Origin: Zygnema circumcarinatum SAG 698-1b
Taxonomy: Eukaryota; Plantae; Zygnematophyceae
Assembly (NCBI GenBank): GCA_037447605.1
Contig: CM074813.1
Coordinates: 2,170,001 to 2,234,000, forward strand
Reading direction: 5' to 3'
DNA: 64,000 nucleotides
The position numbers were made by a program, and so were the translations under genes. The notes below the pieces were generated by a model. The model had not been told where the DNA came from, searched no databases, and was given only the letters and a program-made list of their open reading frames with translations. Shown here in pieces: positions 60,381-64,000 of the stretch; the stretch's first letter is position 1, and every line of letters begins with the position of its first letter.

Positions 60381-61533
60381 CCTGCCTTTCTGGTTAACCC
60401 CTTATACTCCTCTCCTGGCCCCCTAAGTATCTCCAAAGGGCTTTCCCTGCAAGCCGTGCGTCCTCCTGTCCGTCTTGCCTGAAGTCGCTGCAGAGCTTCA
60501 AGCAGCAGCGTCGCCCCCTCGCCCCTTAGTTCGCGCCCTCCCTCCGCCCTGCCCTCATCCACGCTGCCTAAGGGCGCGAGGCCGACCCTCCCTGCCAGTG
60601 CCGCCAGGCGCATTCAGGAACGCCACAACCCTAATACAGTTCTATGCTCGTTGTTGCACAGAGCGTTAGCAGCCAGGGAAACAGTTTGGCAGTTTTTGGA
60701 AAAAAATCCTGTCGTTGCAAATTTATTTTTCTGGTATTTTTAATCTTTTTCGGGCAGGAGAACGAAGTTGGGGAAAAATATATGTCAGAATATGACAAAT
60801 TTCAACACGACAGCGTGGCCTGCACACGTGAGAGACGAGATCCGTACGTACGGCAACTACAAACGGAGGGTGCGGATGTTTGCACGTGTTATAGATGGCC
60901 CAGATTTGGCGAGCGCTCCCATGATGCGGATAGGTACGGGAGGTGCTGGATTCAGTTACCGAGTGGACCGCAATTCGTACATTTTCCACCTCAAGAACGT
61001 GTATGGTGACCGTAGAAGGTACAGTATCTGATACCCAGTGACGTAATAATGGCCATTGGAGACAGAAGTTAATGTACAGTACACGACAAACTGTACGATC
61101 ACGTTCGTACAGTGTACAGTAATACGAAGCTTACCGCATGTTGGGTTCACAAAAACTGAGAAAATGTTTGATGAATATTTTACCAAAGTAGCCTAAATAC
61201 TACGATTTCATTTCCGTTTGGTAAAATTTTTTCAAGAAAATTTCTACATAAATTAGACTGGCGGCCTAAAAGCTGCATTCACGGCCTGCCCGTTCCACGT
61301 GTCGCCATTCGAGTGGGCGATGCGCTGCCGAATACGAAATATTCTTATATAAATAAATTTAGCGAGTGGACGGCGCGCCCCAAAGCATCAATTTATACGG
61401 AACTGTGGCAGCGAACGCGGAGTGCAGGTCAGGTCGGCTTCCATACGGGGCCCTGCAAGCACAGCATGCCGCGGAGGGGGCGGGGAGGGGACAGGTGTTA
61501 AAAGACAGACAGGAGGAAAAGGCTGTCGAGCTC

Positions 61534-61542
61534 AAACCCTAA
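61534..61542 (+). promoter_or_regulatory. Telo-box upstream of the right-edge gene
   Basis: AAACCCTAA ~340 bp upstream of the putative ATG at 61883. Confidence 0.5.
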
Positions 61543-61882
61543 CTTGCTGCTCGCGCTCCTGTCAAGGATTACATGGCTGCCGGCTGCCTCGCCTCCCGCT
61601 AGTGCATGTGCCGAGGAAGGAGAGGCGCTCTTGCAGGTGCTGCTTCACGCTGCTTTTGCCATGAGCCCTGTTTGCTTGCTCAGGTGGAAGACTCTGTTAT
61701 TGAAGTAATAAGAGCAGCAGATTGACTCAATGTTGGCGATGTTTGCAGGAAGGAACCTCTTCTACGCATTGCAGAGTGACATAAGCGCCAGCAGCAAGCG
61801 TGCGTGGTGCAACGGCGAGCGCATCTCTGTGCTGTGGAGCGCAAAACGAACTGTTTAAGACGTTCTGCTAAAGATAGAAGTC

Positions 61883-64000
61883 ATGGCGGATCTCTTGAAC
61901 GAGGTAGAGGTGAATACAATTCTTTTTTTAGGGCCCTCAGAAAGACCATACGTATTTTTTAGGCACCATTTAGATGCGAAATTATTCTGATATAGCAGAA
62001 CAGAAGCAGAGGCTGAATATGCATTAGCCCGATGAACTAGAACCCTGCATTAGATGCACTTCTTCTGCAAATAGCCAGTCTTTACTATTTTGTCGTGATA
62101 GGTGAATTGCATGTCCTTGCAACTATGCATCTTATGAACGGCACAATTTTGGCGCCAACAGTAGCAAAAACACTGCGATGGAATGTGGAATGCGTCCCCT
62201 TCCACATGATCTTCCTTCCATTCGAATTTTTCTTCTACAATTACTGTGTTGAAGCAGAGGACTTCTATGATATCTGGTCGTTTAAGGCGTTTGCGAAAAG
62301 CGAATGTGCTTAGAGTGAACAGCTGACGCTCCCATGCAGCGTCGTTTTTACGAGGTGTTTTTGTTCATTACGCATGTACGATGGATGTAGGTCAGGATGG
62401 TAACCGGCTGAAAAAAGATTGAACGCATTGTCCTTGTTGGCTGTCCATTGTGGATGGAAAGAAGGTCGCTCCTCCAGAGAATAAAATGGATGATGACGAA
62501 TGGAAGGAGCGATATCCTGACGTTTACGGCAGTTCAGAACCACCGCCTGCGAATGATTCTGGTACGCTTAGCTAGCCTGCAGTAGTGGCAGGCCATTTGA
62601 GTGAGACAAAAAGGTGTAGGGATCTGTCATGTTGCGTTTATTCAGAATTCCTTCAGGTATTGTGCAAGGCTCCGTTCAAGCTGTGCACTAATGAATCGCT
62701 GTCGTACTTGAGGTGCGTCTCAATGTGCAAGTTACAGAATACTCTTCAATTTTCGGGTACATTGCTTCAGAAAGAACAGCTTTAGAATGGATGTGTCACT
62801 TTGTACCTCGTCTGCTTTATCATTAAGTGACCAGTACCGCTTGTGCGATGATGCCGATTCTCTGGTTGACTTATTGGCAGTCTCAGCTGTTTCTCTGGAG
62901 GGGACGCTCACGGTTGTCAGAGAGAAAGTTTGGAGTTTTGGAGATGGTAAGCAACGTTATGAAAGCCCTTTCATGACACACAAAGCTTTGACGGGCTGAA
63001 GGATGATCATGCTTTTCAGTTCTTGGTGACGTTGGCAATACGTGAAATGTAGCATACAATAACCTGAAGATCTAAGTCCTCTGAAAACCATGTTTCAAGT
63101 GCCCCAAATTAGTTGCTCTCATTTTTTAGAACAATTTTTTGCATTAACGCCCCCTATGTTTTTCCTGATCGAGAAAGTATCAGGTTATTGCCATTATATA
63201 TACTATAATAATAATTAATTAATTACATATTATATAGTTTTGCACTTTCGTGTTATAATGTGAGACGGCATACAGTAGGTTGTGACTGTGAGATAATAAC
63301 CCTAGTTTTTATCGTGTTTTTGCTGGCAATTTTTGAGAGTTATGGATGAAGTTATGTTTGTTAATGAGGCCTTTTCGTTCCCCGTTTCCTGTACAGCTGC
63401 GCTAAAAAGTGTGGCGGAGGTTCTTGTTGGATTTGGCATCAGTCCAACGATTCTGGGCTATTCGTATCCTAAATGCAAAAACATTGCTGTTAGCACGGCA
63501 GGAGGAGCAGCAGGGGCAGGCCCATCTAGTCATTTCCCTGTCGGGCTTTGAAGAGAAATGGCTCATGACATCCTGGAAAGTGGGACTTCGTCTTTGTCAT
63601 TCTCCTCCGAGATTCAAATTTATTGTAGCAAGAGAAAGGATTTGGAAGCTGTTAATTTTTTTGACACATTCTTGTTTGCAGACTGGCACTGGCAGATGGA
63701 AGTAAGCACTCCATGCTTTCAGGAGGGATATTCATTGTAATGCTCAGATTGACCTTTGTCTCAACTCACATACTCAGCATATGCGTAGGAAACTCTTTCA
63801 TAGGCTGGTACGTCATTGCATTGTTTGTGCCTCCTTGACAAAACGTGCAACAGAGAAGAAGAGTTGCTGGAGGGAGAGGAAACCGCAGAAGCAGCTCGAC
63901 TGCGAATCCAGAAAGATGAAGTGCTCTCGAAGTCCTCATTTGCAATGCGTTCGGAAGAGAACATCAACAGACGTCGTGCAGATGAAACGTTGCAGCAGCC
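61883..64000 (+). CDS. Unidentified multi-exon gene, truncated at the window edge
   Basis: GTCATGGCGGATCTCTTGAACGAG|GTAG start context. Candidate exons near 62660-62715 (VLCKAPFKLCTNESLSYLR), 62770-62927 (KNSFRMDVSLC..SLEGTLTVVREK), 63410-63580 (WRRFLLDLASVQRFWAIRILNAKTLLLARQ..) and 63851-64000 (EEELLEGEETAEAARLRIQKDE..). Exact structure is unresolved. Confidence 0.45.

Overview
Eukaryotic, intron-rich, gene-dense window from a green-plant (streptophyte) nuclear genome, probably a non-seed plant or streptophyte alga (inference from protein divergence). It is a draft assembly with six 10-N gaps. I assembled the genes by hand from exons and splice sites: an ARM-repeat protein (+), a small conserved plant membrane protein (-), ALG6 (-) head-to-head with intronless LIP2 (+), a Pro-rich small protein (+), HIT4 (-), the 16-exon N-degron E3 ligase PRT6 (+), a UBC7-class E2 (-), a RAF2/PCD-like plastid protein (-), a 78-aa four-exon microprotein invisible to the ORF track (-), MAN1 (-), a DRG GTPase (-) and an unidentified gene running off the right edge (+). 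A 3.8-kb nested transposon cluster (19.6-23.4 kb) sits in the HIT4 upstream region. It has three copies of an unclassified TIR element rich in TATCG/GTAC repeats; two are interrupted by Mutator-like non-autonomous elements with perfect 9-bp TSDs, and the matching empty sites are visible in sister copies. The most interesting leads are a RAF2-type protein that keeps the full PCD catalytic motif, CCGTAC/GTACGG clusters upstream of many genes and inside the TIR element, the microprotein, a shared hairpin module at two unassigned loci, uORFs in the PRT6 leader and several GC-AG introns. I saw no rRNA, tRNA, snRNA or CRISPR array. Gene names come from recalled homology to Arabidopsis proteins, not from database searches.
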